Source: Octopus sinensis
Taxonomy: Eukaryota
NCBI RefSeq assembly: GCF_006345805.1
Contig: NC_043007.1
Coordinates: 11,160,001-11,224,000, forward strand
Reading direction: 5' to 3'
Length of the DNA: 64,000 nucleotides
Below the pieces are notes generated by a model, which saw only the letters and a list, made by a program, of their open reading frames with translations, made no database searches and was not told the origin of the DNA. Shown piece by piece: positions 1 through 10,558 of the stretch. Each line of letters starts with the position of its first letter. Position 1 is the stretch's first letter. The position numbers were made by a program, and so were the translations under genes.

Positions 1-282
1 AATTTTTGATTAAAAACGAGTTTGTTTCTGATAATAAGTTAATTAAATTAAGAAAATGTAAGAACAAGTAGAAATTTGAGAAGTGCTAATTAATTTCCGA
101 CGCAAGTGTATATATATACATACACATATATGTGTATACACACATGTGCATGTGCGCACACACACACATCCATATGCTCATACGCACAATACAGATGTTG
201 AAAAAAATAATGGCAACACCACTTTATATTTAACTATTTTTTCGTATTGGCAATATGACAAATTCAAAAGTGTTCTAGTCTG

Positions 283-315
<33 letters not shown>

Positions 316-381
316 GTTCCTACACATTGTATTATCTATGTCTTATACTACTTGGTATAGCCTCTGGTTTTATTTCTTAAA

Positions 382-1664
382 ATGCACAACCTGTCTGATT
401 TCCACAGAAGACAAATGGTTGGAATGCAGATGGCTGGAGATTCACTAATTAAAACTGCCGAAACACTTCATGTTTAACTCTCAAGTATTCGGATTACTCT
501 GAAAAATGTAAAGCTTGTTCGTTCATATTATTTTCCATTAATCATATACCATCTCATAGATTTGAGATTTTGATGATGTTACTGTCTATATTTAGATTGA
601 CATTGTAGGGTAGGTGTCAGAAGCTGGATCTGGCCAGTCTGAACATGAAACAGGGGGAATATTTGGGCCAGATACGGCTGGTTTAAATACTAAAGGGTTA
701 AATGCAACAGTCTCAAAAACGATGTAAGCATTCCAAAATCAAGGAACAGCTCAGGTAAGCAAAATTTTTGATGGAGGGTAAAGCTCTGAGAGAGGAATCA
801 TAGAATAGTGGAGTGTACTGTGTCTAGAAACCATGAAACTATAGAAGCAGAAATGACAGCAGAGCAAAACCATCAGTTTGCCAATCTTGTGTCAGTTAAA
901 ACCATTCACTGTGAGTTCCATAATGCTGGATACCATAGGAGGGCTGCAACCGCTAAACTTGTCTTGTGCTCCTTCTACATTGATAAATGGGAAAAATGGT
1001 GTCTAGACAATTAGAAGTGGTCAAGGCTCAATAAAACAATGGCATCTTATTTGATGCACCACCATTCCCTCTTTCTCCCACTTCAGAATGGGTTTAAAAC
1101 TAGAAACAGTCCAAGGATATCTTCAACCCTGAATGATTGACCCCCTCTCACATGAAGCTCCAATATGGCTTTTTGAAGATTTTGGGCAGCTACATCACAG
1201 AATTCTCTTGGCCCTTTAGCTGTTCTGTATGGCAGTGTTAATGCCAAAGATTATCTGAGTATTTTGACTGACCATGTCCATCCTACATTACAAATACTGA
1301 GCCCTGATGGTAGCAGAATCTTCCAGGAATATAACGCACAGATTCACTTGGCTAATGTTAGTCAAAATTGGTACAAAGATCACAAAAGTGAAGCTCAACA
1401 TTTGGATTGGCCATTACATTCACCGGATCTCAATATAATCAAACATTTGTGGTTCATTTTGGAGCCACAAGTGACTAAATGCTTCCCCACACCATTGCTA
1501 CTGAATTAGGTTTTACGTGAAGGACAGGTCAAAATACCCCTGACTTGTATGAGTCAATCTACTGACATATTAAAGGTGTGATTGGCACCAAAGGAAAACC
1601 AATTCCATTTTAAATAATAACACTTGCATTTAACAAGGTGTTTCCAATATTTTGTCCAACCCCT
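382..1664 (+). pseudogene. Degenerate Tc1-like (DD34E-type) transposon, with a MITE inserted
   Basis: ATG at 382 gives MHNLSDFHRRQMVGMQMAGDSLIKTAETLHV (HTH start). 808-1014 gives ...TVSRNHETIEAEMTAE...VSVKTIHCEFH...RAATAK, and 1264-1509 gives ...RIFQEYNAQIH...LDWPLHSPDLNIIKHLW. A right-TIR-like GGTGTTTCCAATATTTTGTCCAACCCC then TA lies at about 1637-1666. Stops and frameshifts throughout; left TIR not found. Confidence 0.85.
478..697. mobile_element. piggyBac-type MITE
   Basis: TTAA at 474-477 and 698-701; right end TACTAAAGGG; same family as 6577-6797; interrupts the Tc1 ORF. Confidence 0.75.
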
Positions 1665-1711
1665 ATATATGTATGTGTGTGTATTGATATTAATATTATT
1701 TATGTACTAAT

Positions 1712-1762
1712 GAGGATGCATGGCCTGGTGGTTAAGGTGTTGCACTCATGATCACAAGATTG
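1712..1762 (+). mobile_element. tRNA-like SINE head fragment
   Basis: A-box-like TGGCCTGGTGGTTAAG; similar to the SINE head at 34565; followed by GTTAGGGTTAGGG. Confidence 0.5.
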
Positions 1763-1771
1763 GTTAGGGTT

Positions 1772-3000
1772 AGGGCCTGATGGATGGGCGAGAGGCTGAG
1801 TGTTACATAGAAAAAAATCAACCAACATGATTAAGAAGACAGCAGGGTGGTGGAGAAATCATGTTTTGGGCTGGTAAAGTTGAAGGAGACATTACAGGTC
1901 CATTTAAGGTTGCTGATAAGAGGTAGACCTGGGATAAAGTGGTGAAGCACGACCTTTGAACATTAGGCCTCACCAAGGAAATGACTAGCGACCAAGACTT
2001 TTGGAAATATGCTGTGCTTGAGAAGACCCGGCAAGCCAAATGAGACCATAACCTGTGGCCTATGCCAGGAGCATACCCAGCCCGCTTATGCGTACCTTTT
2101 CCTTCTTTGGACACAAAACTCTGCTTGTGAAGACCTGTTGAGGCAAGTGAAATCGAAATCAAAAGCACATTCGACGACTGGCATACGTACTAGCAGGGTG
2201 CAAAGAGCACCATACGAGCATGATCGTTGACAGAGCAGCTAACCGGCTTCTGTGCCAGTGGCACATAAAAGGCACCATTCAAGTGTGATTGTTACCAGCG
2301 TCGCTTTACTGGCACTTGTGCCCTTGCTAGTAGGGTGCCAAGAGCACCAGCCGAGCGTGATCATTGCCAGAGCAGCCAACAGGCTTCCGTGCCGGTGGCA
2401 TGTAAAAGGGCACCATTTGAGCATGATCGTTACCAAAGTCGCCTTACTGGCACCTGTGCTGCTGGTATGTGTAAAAAGATTCAAGCAAGGTCATTGCCAG
2501 TACTGCCCGACTGGCCCCCGTGACAGTGGCACGTATAAAGCACCCACTACACTCTTGGAGTGGTTGGCGTTAGGAAGGGCATCCAGCTGTAGAAACTCTG
2601 CCAGATCAAGATTGGAGCCTGGTGCAGCTATCTGGTTCGCCAGCCCTCAGTCAAAATCGTCCAACCCATGCTAGCATGGAAAGCAGACGTTAAACGATGA
2701 TGATAGATTCAAAATAAGTGCCGAAAATTATTGTAAGTTTCTAGATGACAGCTTCTTCCAGTGGTACTAGTCAACATTGTGAAGTTTCAAGTTAAAGAGC
2801 ATATTTATGCGTGATAATGCTCCTTCACACTCTGCCAAACTCACTATTAACCATTCGGCTAAGAAAGGTTTCAAAGAACATAAAATAATGGGATGCCCTC
2901 CCCGCATGTCTAGATCTAAATTCAATAAAGAATTTGTGGTCAATTACTAAAAATAAATGTATATTCTAATGGTAAACAATATCCAAAGAAGGATTTATAT
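1772..3000 (+). pseudogene. Second Tc1-like transposase relic, split by an RTE-like LINE
   Basis: 1772-1918 reads GPDGWARG*VLH...LRRQQGGGEIMFWAG...GPFKVAD. 2705-3000 resumes FKISAENYCKFLDDSFFQWY...IFMRDNAPSHSAK...DLNSIKNLWS...VYSNGKQY. Confidence 0.85.
1919..2704 (+). mobile_element. 5'-truncated RTE-like LINE (ORF end, 3' UTR, (GAT)n tail)
   Basis: Matches the 3' end of the 51.9-54.5 kb LINE; ends CCATGCTAGCATGGAAAGCAGACGTTAAACGATGATGAT. Confidence 0.9.
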
Positions 3001-3140
3001 TAGGAAGGGCATCCAGCTGTAGAAACACTGCCAGATCAGACTGGAGCCTGGTGCAGCCTTCTGGCTTCCCAGATCCCCGGTCGAACCGTCCAACCCATGC
3101 TAGCATGGAGAACGGACGTTAAACGATGATGATGATGATT
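3001..3140 (+). mobile_element. RTE-like LINE 3' tail copy
   Basis: AGGAAGGGCATCCAGCTGTAGAAAC...CATGCTAGCATGG...(GAT)n. Confidence 0.85.
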
Positions 3141-3254
3141 GGAAAGGATGTAAAATATATACATAATTGTTTTTAAATATAATTATATGGCAGAAGATAT
3201 ATGTATATATTAATGGTCTGGTTATGTATTGTTTTATATGTAAAACACATTAAA

Positions 3255-3516
3255 TGTAGTTTGTGCCGGTGGCACATAAAAAGCACCATCCGATCGTGGT
3301 CGTTGCCAGCCTCGCCTGGCACCTGTGCCGGTGGCACGTAAAAAGCACCCACTACACTCACGGAGTGGTTGGCGTTAGGAAGGGCATCCAGTTGTAGAAA
3401 CATTGCTAGATCAGACTGGGCCTAGTGCAGCCTTCTGGCTTCCAGACCCCAGTTGAACTGTCCAACCCATGCTAGCATGGAAAGCAGACGTTAAATGATG
3501 ATGATGATGATGATGA
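3255..3516 (+). mobile_element. RTE-like LINE 3' tail copy
   Basis: Two ~59-bp UTR repeat units plus the conserved tail and (GAT)n. Confidence 0.85.
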
Positions 3517-3794
3517 TATTTGTTAACTTCAGCCTTCATTACTTAAAACTATGGAATGTGATGGAAATCTGGCAACTTTTTCAAGCAGGCCAAGTGACCA
3601 CATAGAAGTCCTTTGTTAGATTACATATCTATACTTTGTCTGAGTTAGCTCCTATATATGCAATTGACTTGTTAATAAAATGCAGTGTTACAATAAACTA
3701 AGGCTAAATCATTTAAATTTGAAGATCTATACAACCCACACAGTTCTTGTGGAGCAATCCAATGGAACTAGCAGGTGTAGAAATAATAACTTAC

Positions 3795-4226
3795 TTGTTG
3801 TTGAACACATAAAACAGATGAAACTGATAGCCAGAAGTATAGCGACTGAACTGCCAACAACAGCCCACAAAACAGTTTTATTTTTGTCTTTGATTTCATT
3901 TGTATTTGATGTTGTTGAGGAATGCTGCAAAGATGAAGAATGTGACAATGGTTTTGTAATTTCTGTACGATTGCTTCGAGTCTGTGGTACAATGTTTTTA
4001 GTAATTCTTGCTGTAGTTGTAGAGCTCTTTTCAGGTGCTTGATTCTTTATAGTTGATAAATCCTTTCCAGATGGAAAAGTTACAGGTGAATTCCTTACAG
4101 GTACACTCTTTACAGGTACAGTCTTTACAGGTACAGTCTTTACAGGTACAGTCTTTACAGGTACAGTCTTTACAGGTTTTAAAGTTTCAGGTTCCAAGTT
4201 AGCTGAGTCGTTACATTTAGAATCAT
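3795..4226 (-). CDS. Internal exon of a probable type I membrane protein (Pro/Thr/Ser-rich stalk plus TM helix)
   Basis: Polypyrimidine acceptor TTTTTCTCTTCCAG at 4227 and donor GTAAGT at 3794. The exon is 432 bp, phase 1-1 and open: DSKCNDSANLEPETLK(PVKTV)n...STTTARITK...KNKT-VLWAVVGSSVAILLAISFICFMC-STT. Confidence 0.75.
4095..4177 (-). repeat. 15-bp coding tandem repeat (PVKTV x ~5.5)
   Basis: The + strand unit TTACAGGTACAGTCT is repeated in frame. Confidence 0.9.
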
Positions 4227-4389
4227 CTGGAAGAGAAAAAGAGTAAAAATCTGTATTTTTTATTGTTTTCAGGTGCAAATTATTTACCTGGTAATCACGA
4301 CTGACCACTTTACCTATGATCACTACTTACTGTATTCTCTTTGTTGCTGTGGTGGTTGCTTGGTTCTGTTGTATACATGTTGCTGCTGA

Positions 4390-4787
4390 TTGTTTGTTGT
4401 TTGTTGAGCGAAGCGGTCTTCGTCCCAGAGCTCGCAAGATCGCACCTCAGGATTGTCTGTAGAAGTCCAAAATGTGATCCTTTGCTATTCGTAAGACCCG
4501 CAGAAGAGAAAGCAAGTCAACCTCCGACACCGAGAGCATCGACAGATGAATGCACATCCAGACTCAGCGGTTGCATAGGAAGTTGGGGACAAGAAACGGG
4601 AAGAAAGAGTGAGAGAAAGTTGAAGCAAAAGAGTACAACAGGGGTCGCCACCACCCCCTGCCAGAGCCTCGTGGAGCTTTAGGTGTTTTCGCTCAATAAA
4701 CACACACAACGCCCAGTCTGGGAAATGAAACCGCGATCCTCCGACCGCGAGTCTGCTGCCCTAAACACTGGGCCATTGTGCCTCCAC
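4390..4787 (-). mobile_element. tRNA-derived SINE with (AAC)n tail
   Basis: Minus-strand head GTGGAGGCACAATGGCCCAGTGTTTAG...GCGGTTTCATTTCCC; imperfect TSD around CAGCAACAT. Confidence 0.75.
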
Positions 4788-4839
4788 ATGTTGCTGTTGA
4801 TGATGATGTGTGTGAGACAACGCCATACAAATAATTAAT

Positions 4840-5250
4840 TACTCTTTTACTCTTTTACTTGTTTCAGTCATTTGACTGCGGCCATGCTGGAGCACCGCCT
4901 TTAATCGAGCAACTCGACCCCGGGACTTATTCTTTTGTAAGCCCAGTACTTATTCTGCCAATCTCTTTTGCCGAGCCGCTAAGTAACGGGGACATAAACA
5001 CACCTGCATCGGTTGTCAAGCAATGCTAGGGGGACAAACACAGACACACAAACACATGCACACATATATATATATATACATATATACGACGGGCTTCTTT
5101 CAGTTTCCGTCTACCAAATCCACTCACAAGGCTTTGGTCGACCCGAGGCTATAGTAGAAGACACTTGCCCAAGGTACCACGCAGTGGGACTGAACTCAAA
5201 ACCATGTGGTTGGTAAACAAGCTACTTACCACACAGCCACCCCTGCGCCT
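4840..5250 (-). mobile_element. SINE family A (tRNA head, internal (TA)/(TG) microsatellite, GAGTAAAA tail)
   Basis: Full-length match to the copy at 35735-36175. Confidence 0.9.
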
Positions 5251-5737
5251 ATTTACGATTTTTATTTATGTCACATAAGCCATATTTCCAGTCGGTCGAG
5301 ATTTACAACAATCGTCACATCCAGCCGATGCAGCTGTAAGAAATAGATTGTAATGTAGATGCTAAGCTGGATACTAAGGCTTGGTACTGGAGCTTGATTA
5401 AACATTAGAAGCCGTACACATCAGTTCATATCTACCAGATAGAACAGATATCCAGGTTGAGCATGGACCCATTTAAACTGATTATGTTGAAAACAAAGGA
5501 GTGTGTGAAGCAGACCAGTTTGGCAAGCACTACAAGTTGGTGCTCAAACGACCTCTATTTACAACCATTGTATCAAGAACATTCTTGAAGGACCTAGAAT
5601 GAGTCATCATATGAAAACTGGCTGCTGATTGGCTAATAACAAAGCCTTTCCATATGAACAGGGTTAGGTAATGTCATGGCTTAAACTCCATAATGTGGAG
5701 ACGCAGTTTCAAATCTCATTATACCTTCTACCCACAT

Positions 5738-5968
5738 CTATTTCTTTACTACCCACAAGGGGCTAAACACAGAGGGGACAAACAAGGACAGACAAATGGA
5801 TTAAGTCAATTATATCGACCCCAGTGTGTAACTGGTACTTAATTTATCGACCCCGAGAGGATGAAAGCCAACGTTGACCTCGGCGGAATTTGAACTCAGA
5901 ACGTATCGGCAGACGAAATATGGCTACACATTTCGCCTGGCGCGCTTATGTTTCTGCCAGCTCGCCGC
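5738..5968 (-). mobile_element. SINE family B
   Basis: Contains the core GCTTTCATCCTCTCGGGGTCGATAAATTAAGTACCAG shared with 24285, 32797, 38272 and 43881. Confidence 0.85.
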
Positions 5969-5974
5969 CTTCTA

Positions 5975-6430
5975 CCCGCATCACTATTCATCTGCCACTC
6001 ACCTTCTACACTCTTATGAACTTACCAACCCACTCACCCTGCCCAGTCCTCTTTACCACTTCTCTTATGTTCACCTTCCTGTAATTTGAGGGCATGTCCA
6101 GACAGATCTTTACCCCCATCTTCTCTTGTCCAACTGTGACAAACCCTGTATCCCTTCTACAGCAAGACACCTGTTCCTTGGTCATATGTTAACCTCTATT
6201 GGCATAAGGGCACGTCCCTCAATACTACACTCCGCCCCATTTGAAGGGAATCTTGTTTTGCGAGTTACATGGTGACACCACTCATGCCCCTACTACGCAA
6301 TAAATATCCAGTACACTCTGTAAATTGATTGGCATTAGGAAGGCTATTCAGCCATAAAAATCATGCCACAGCATGTTGAAACATCTAACCCATGCTAGCA
6401 TCTTAAACTAATCTCAAATGATGATGATGT
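5975..6430 (+). mobile_element. Diverged (GAT)n-tailed retroelement 3' fragment
   Basis: TTGGCATTAGGAAGGC...AACCCATGCTAGCAT...ATGATGATGATG resembles the RTE tail. Confidence 0.55.
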
Positions 6431-6576
6431 CATTGGTTTATTTCTTTTCTCAGACTAATCTCTCCATTTTATTCAATGTTTTGCCAATACAACACTTCCA
6501 TTGGTTTGCCTCTCAACCAACTTCAAATAATATTCTTAAGCTAAGCTATGGCTGAAACCAGGGTCTGCTATTTTAA

Positions 6577-6797
6577 CCCCTTAGCATTTAAACCGGCCAT
6601 ATCCAGCTGAAATGTTCTACTTGTTTTATGTTCAAATTGGCCAGATCCAGCCTCTCATACAGACCCTGTAATGTCATTATTACAAATAAACAATTGCATC
6701 ATCAAAATCTTGAAGCTACATGAAAATGCATGTTTAATTCAAAACAATATAAGTTAATAAGCATTACAATTGACAGAATAATCTGAATGCTAAAGGG
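6577..6797. mobile_element. piggyBac-type MITE
   Basis: TTAA-CCCCTTAGCATT ... AATGCTAAAGGG-TTAA (TIRs plus TTAA TSD). Confidence 0.85.
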
Positions 6798-7198
6798 TTA
6801 ACCATTATCCTAGGAATGACATTTTGGGGGCACTTATGCATTTGTTGTCATAATTTTTGACATATTGGGTCTGTGCCAGTATATGGTGTATGGAAATAAA
6901 TGCTTCCGTTTAATTTTTAAAGGAAATGCTTTATCAGAACAGAAAAGTAGTGTCCAACGTCTAGGCCCTACATAAACCCATTTCTACCCCTAGGAAGAGA
7001 TGGTCAATATTAGTCTGACCTTTATTCTCTCGACATGAGAAGCCCTCCCTGGCACAGCTCTAGGGGCTATTGAGACACACAAACTACAGCACTGCAACTT
7101 TGTGGTGGGAACCAGCCCCTTTGATTCCTAAGGGTAAAATTATAATGAAAGGTTCTAATTTAAATACAAATATTTTATAACAAAACAGCTTGTATCAC

Positions 7199-7279
7199 CA
7201 TGACATCAGTTGTAGATTCAGTTGGGGTAGGTAACAGGGTGTGTGTGATCAACAAAAGTATTGCTATTTCAATTTTCAT
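7199..7279 (-). CDS. Candidate first coding exon (signal peptide) of the membrane-protein gene
   Basis: MKIEIAILLLITHTLLPTPTESTTDVM, with an in-frame TAA 3 codons upstream and donor TG|GTGATA at 7198. It is phase 0, so it cannot splice directly to the phase-1 exon at 4226. Confidence 0.5.
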
Positions 7280-7420
7280 TGGAATTTACCTTGAAGACAG
7301 CAAACTAACAATCATTAGAGTGGAATCTCTGATAAGATTTGTTCCAAGTGACTTTTTTCTGGGTCTTGTAGGTTCACCGCAGCGGCCAGCTGGATGGAGT
7401 GAAGCAACATAGAATGAAAT

Positions 7421-7827
7421 ACAGTTCTATACTTAAGAGACAAGGAATTATGTACATTATTTACGTTCGATGGATATTTACATTATTTACATTATTTACA
7501 TTCGACGACCGGTATTATGGAAGGATAGAAAAATATTAGATTTATAAGCCCTAAAATTCACTCCATAATTGCCTATGGGCATATGGTGTAGTGGTTAAGA
7601 GCGTGGGCTACTAACCCCAAGATTCCGAGTTCGATTCCAATAACAATGATAATAATAATAATGATAACATCGAAAAATACCTTAGAAATGAGAACCCAGG
7701 TTCAAAATTTCCCCAAGACACCTGAAGAAGGTTGAAGCTTATATCAGCCGAAATGTTGTGTTAACAACAAACAAGATGAAGACAAATATCCGTCAAATGT
7801 AAATAAAGTAAATAATGTAAATAATTT
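7421..7827. mobile_element. Inverted composite insertion of a tRNA-headed, hammerhead-containing SINE-like element
   Basis: 12-bp TSD ATAGAATGAAAT (7409-7420, 7828-7839). Minus-strand 3' end at 7421-~7508; plus-strand head-to-tail at 7577-7827 (A box 7584-7594, B box 7627-7638, (TGTAAATAA)n tail). Interrupts a SINE-C relic. Confidence 0.75.
7717..7762 (+). ncRNA. Minimal type I hammerhead ribozyme motif
   Basis: GACAC-CTGAAGA-A-GGTTGA(agcttata)TCAGCC-GAAA-TG-T-T-GTGTT: helix I 5 bp, helix II 6 bp, GUU triplet. Confidence 0.7.
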
Positions 7828-8157
7828 ATAGAATGAAATGTTTTACTCAAGAACACAACACATCACCTGGTCCAGCAATCAAAATTACAATTTTAAAATC
7901 ATGCATCCAACATCCTAACCATCAAGTTACATGCCTCCACTGATTAATCAGGACTGACCTAGGGCTAAACAACAACAAGGATGACTTACTTAGTCCAGTG
8001 ATGATCATCTTTCTTACGGTGGTCCGACAGACTATACATCGTCCATATGACTTGTAACACTGACACTTGTTCTTTACTGAAGGATAAGGATCCAAAGGTT
8101 TCACCTGAAATAATCAGAAAAAGTAGGATTAAAAAGGGGCCATGATAGGGAGTTTAA

Positions 8158-8712
8158 CCCTTTAAGCATTCAGATTATCCTGTCAAATATAATGCTTATT
8201 CATTCATATTGGTTTGAATTAATCATGCATTATCTTGTAGCTATGAGATTTCAATAATTTGATTGTTTATTTTTAGAATGACATCATCATCATCATCGTT
8301 TAACGTCTGCTTTCCATGCTGGCATGGGTTGGGCGATTTGACTGAGGGCTGGCGAACCAGATGGCTGCACCAGGCTCCAATCTTGATCTGGCAGAGTTTC
8401 TACAGCTGGATGCCCTTCCTAACGCCAACCACTCCAAGAGTGTAGTGGGTGATTTTACGTGCCACTGTTACGGGGGCCAGTCAGGCGGTACTGGCAACAG
8501 CCACGCTCGAATCTTTTTACACATGCCACCGGCACAGGTGCCAGTAAGGCGAGGCTGGTAACGATCACACTCGAATGGTGCCTTTCACGTGCCACTGGCA
8601 TGGAAGTCAATTAGCCGCTCTGGCAAAGAGAAAGTAAATGAAAGGAAGAATCTGGATGGCTTGAACATAAAACCGGTAGAGTAATTGAGCTGTTTATGAC
8701 CAATTTAAACAC
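8158..8712. mobile_element. piggyBac-type MITE split by an RTE tail
   Basis: TTAA-CCCTTTAAGCATTCAG left half at 8158-8283; diverged right half at ~8650-8712. Confidence 0.6.
8283..8625 (-). mobile_element. RTE-like LINE 3' tail copy
   Basis: (CAT)n, CGTTTAACGTC...CATGCTGGCATGG, and about three UTR repeat units. Confidence 0.85.
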
Positions 8713-8799
8713 TTTTAGATGTTGCTTTAACTTGGACAAACAGCCAACTCATCACATTTTTATCATCCTCTCTTTCCTCTTTCTCTCTCTCTCTCTCCA

Positions 8800-9420
8800 T
8801 CTGAGGTAGTCATGTTTCTTCTCTGATCCAAGACAGCTTTTTACCATCCCTCAATACTATACAAGTTCTTCACTTGGGAAGGTGCGTCTTGCAAGTTGCT
8901 TGGTAACCCCACTACTGCTGGTGCCACATAAATATCACCCAATACACTCTGTATAGAGATTGGCATTAAGAAGGGCAGCCAGTCATCAAACTGACACTGC
9001 ATCGGTTACGATGATGAGCATTCCAGTTAATTCGACCAATGGAACAGCCTGCTCATGAAATTAATGTGCTAGTGGCTGAGCACTCCACAGACATGTGAAA
9101 CAGAATATGATAAGGCTGGCCCTTTGAAATACAGTTGCAACTCTTTTTTGTCAGCTGAGTGGACTGGAATATCAATGTGAAATAAAGTGTCTTGCTAAAG
9201 GACAAAATGTGCTGCCAGAAATTGAACTCATGACCTTAGTATCATGACACAAATACCCTAACCACTGAGTCATGCACCTTCACATCCAGTCATAGAAACC
9301 ATGCCAAAAAAGACGGCAAAGTTTTAGAGCAGTCTTCTGATCTGTCAGCTCCTGTCAAACTGTTCAATCTATGCCAGAATGGAAAACAAAGATGATGACG
9401 ATGATGATGATGATGATGTG
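8800..9420 (+). mobile_element. (GAT)n-tailed retroelement fragment interrupted by SINE-C
   Basis: Related to 5975-6430; CCAGTCAT is duplicated on both sides of the SINE-C insert. Confidence 0.55.
8985..9285 (-). mobile_element. SINE family C
   Basis: Reverse complement matches 34565-34890. Confidence 0.8.
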
Positions 9421-9699
9421 CAGGAGGAGGAGGAGGATTTTAAAGTGTGAAGAAATCTTCAGGTTTCACTTGAGACAGAGAGACGAGAGAGAGGGAGGGG
9501 CAGAGAAATATAGAGAATATTAGTTTGATTAATATCAATTTAAAACCAGTGGCCTAGCATATTGAAAAATCTGAAGATTCAGAAAAATTATATTACATAA
9601 ATATAAGAGGGATGACCACTAGTGGACATCCATTATGCTAGAGGTAGATCCCATATGGTCGACCACTAAGAAAAGATTGTTCTCAAGAAAATTCAGCAA

Positions 9700-10555
9700 A
9701 GGCCAGAATGCTTAAAACTAAATGCAATACCCAATAAATACACTGGACCTGGAGGGATTGCAATCCCAGAGGCACAATCAGTGCGAGACCTGGGTATTTA
9801 CATGAGTGATGATGCAACCTTTTATGTGCATGTTGCTAAATTGGCAATGAAATGTAGGCGGCTGACAGGATGGATTCTTAGAAACTTTAGAACAAGAGAC
9901 CAGGAAACCATGATGGTCCTCTGGAGGACACTTGTCCTAAGCCACTTTGACTATTGCTCTCAGCTATGGTCACCATCCAGTGTCAAGTTAATCACAGAAC
10001 TTGAGGCAATCCAACGAAGCTACACGAAGAAGATAGCCTCTGTGCCGCATATAAGCTATTGGGAAAGACTCAAGAGATTGAGACTCTATTCCTTAGAGCG
10101 TAGGCGAGAAAGATATGCCATAATATACATCTGGAAGATCCTAGAAGGACTTGTCCCAAACTTTGGCATCGAGAGTTACACAAATGCCAGAACTGGGCGC
10201 CACTGCACAGTACCAAGGACTCCAAATTTGCCATCAAGATGTAGGACAAGATACTGTGATAGCCTGGGCTTCCGAGGCCCACAGCTCTTCAATATCCTCC
10301 CGAAGAACCTAAGAGACCTGCATGGGGTGGATGCAGATGTCTTTAAAATAAAACTGGATCTCTTCTTGTCAGGTATCCCAGATGAACCAACTTCACCGCA
10401 GGAGGTGCAGATGAGGGCAGCTGCATTGAACTCTCTCATGCACCAAATGGCAATTGCTAAAAAGCATTAGTGAAGTAAAATCATGTAGTAAAACCAAATG
10501 GCGGTGCCCCAGCATGGCCACAGCTTATGAGCTGAAACTAGATAAAAAAAAAAAA
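9700..10555 (+). mobile_element. CR1/L2-group LINE 3' fragment (RT C-terminus, 3' UTR, poly-A)
   Basis: VRDLGIYMSDD...YCSQLWSPSSVKLITELEAIQRSYTKKI...LSYWERL-type motif...LYSLERRRERY, stop at 10470, A-tail at 10544-10555. Confidence 0.85.
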
Positions 10556-10558
10556 TAT

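Noticed and set aside
5308-5334. 27-nt minus-strand micro-exon (TTACAG|CTG...GTT|GTAAAT)
   Set aside because: It does not fix the phase mismatch of the membrane-protein gene, and such signals arise by chance.
7577-7640. tRNA genes at A/B-box motifs (also 4787, 28300, 34570, 35740)
   Set aside because: No complete cloverleaf or acceptor stem; each continues into a dispersed repeat body.
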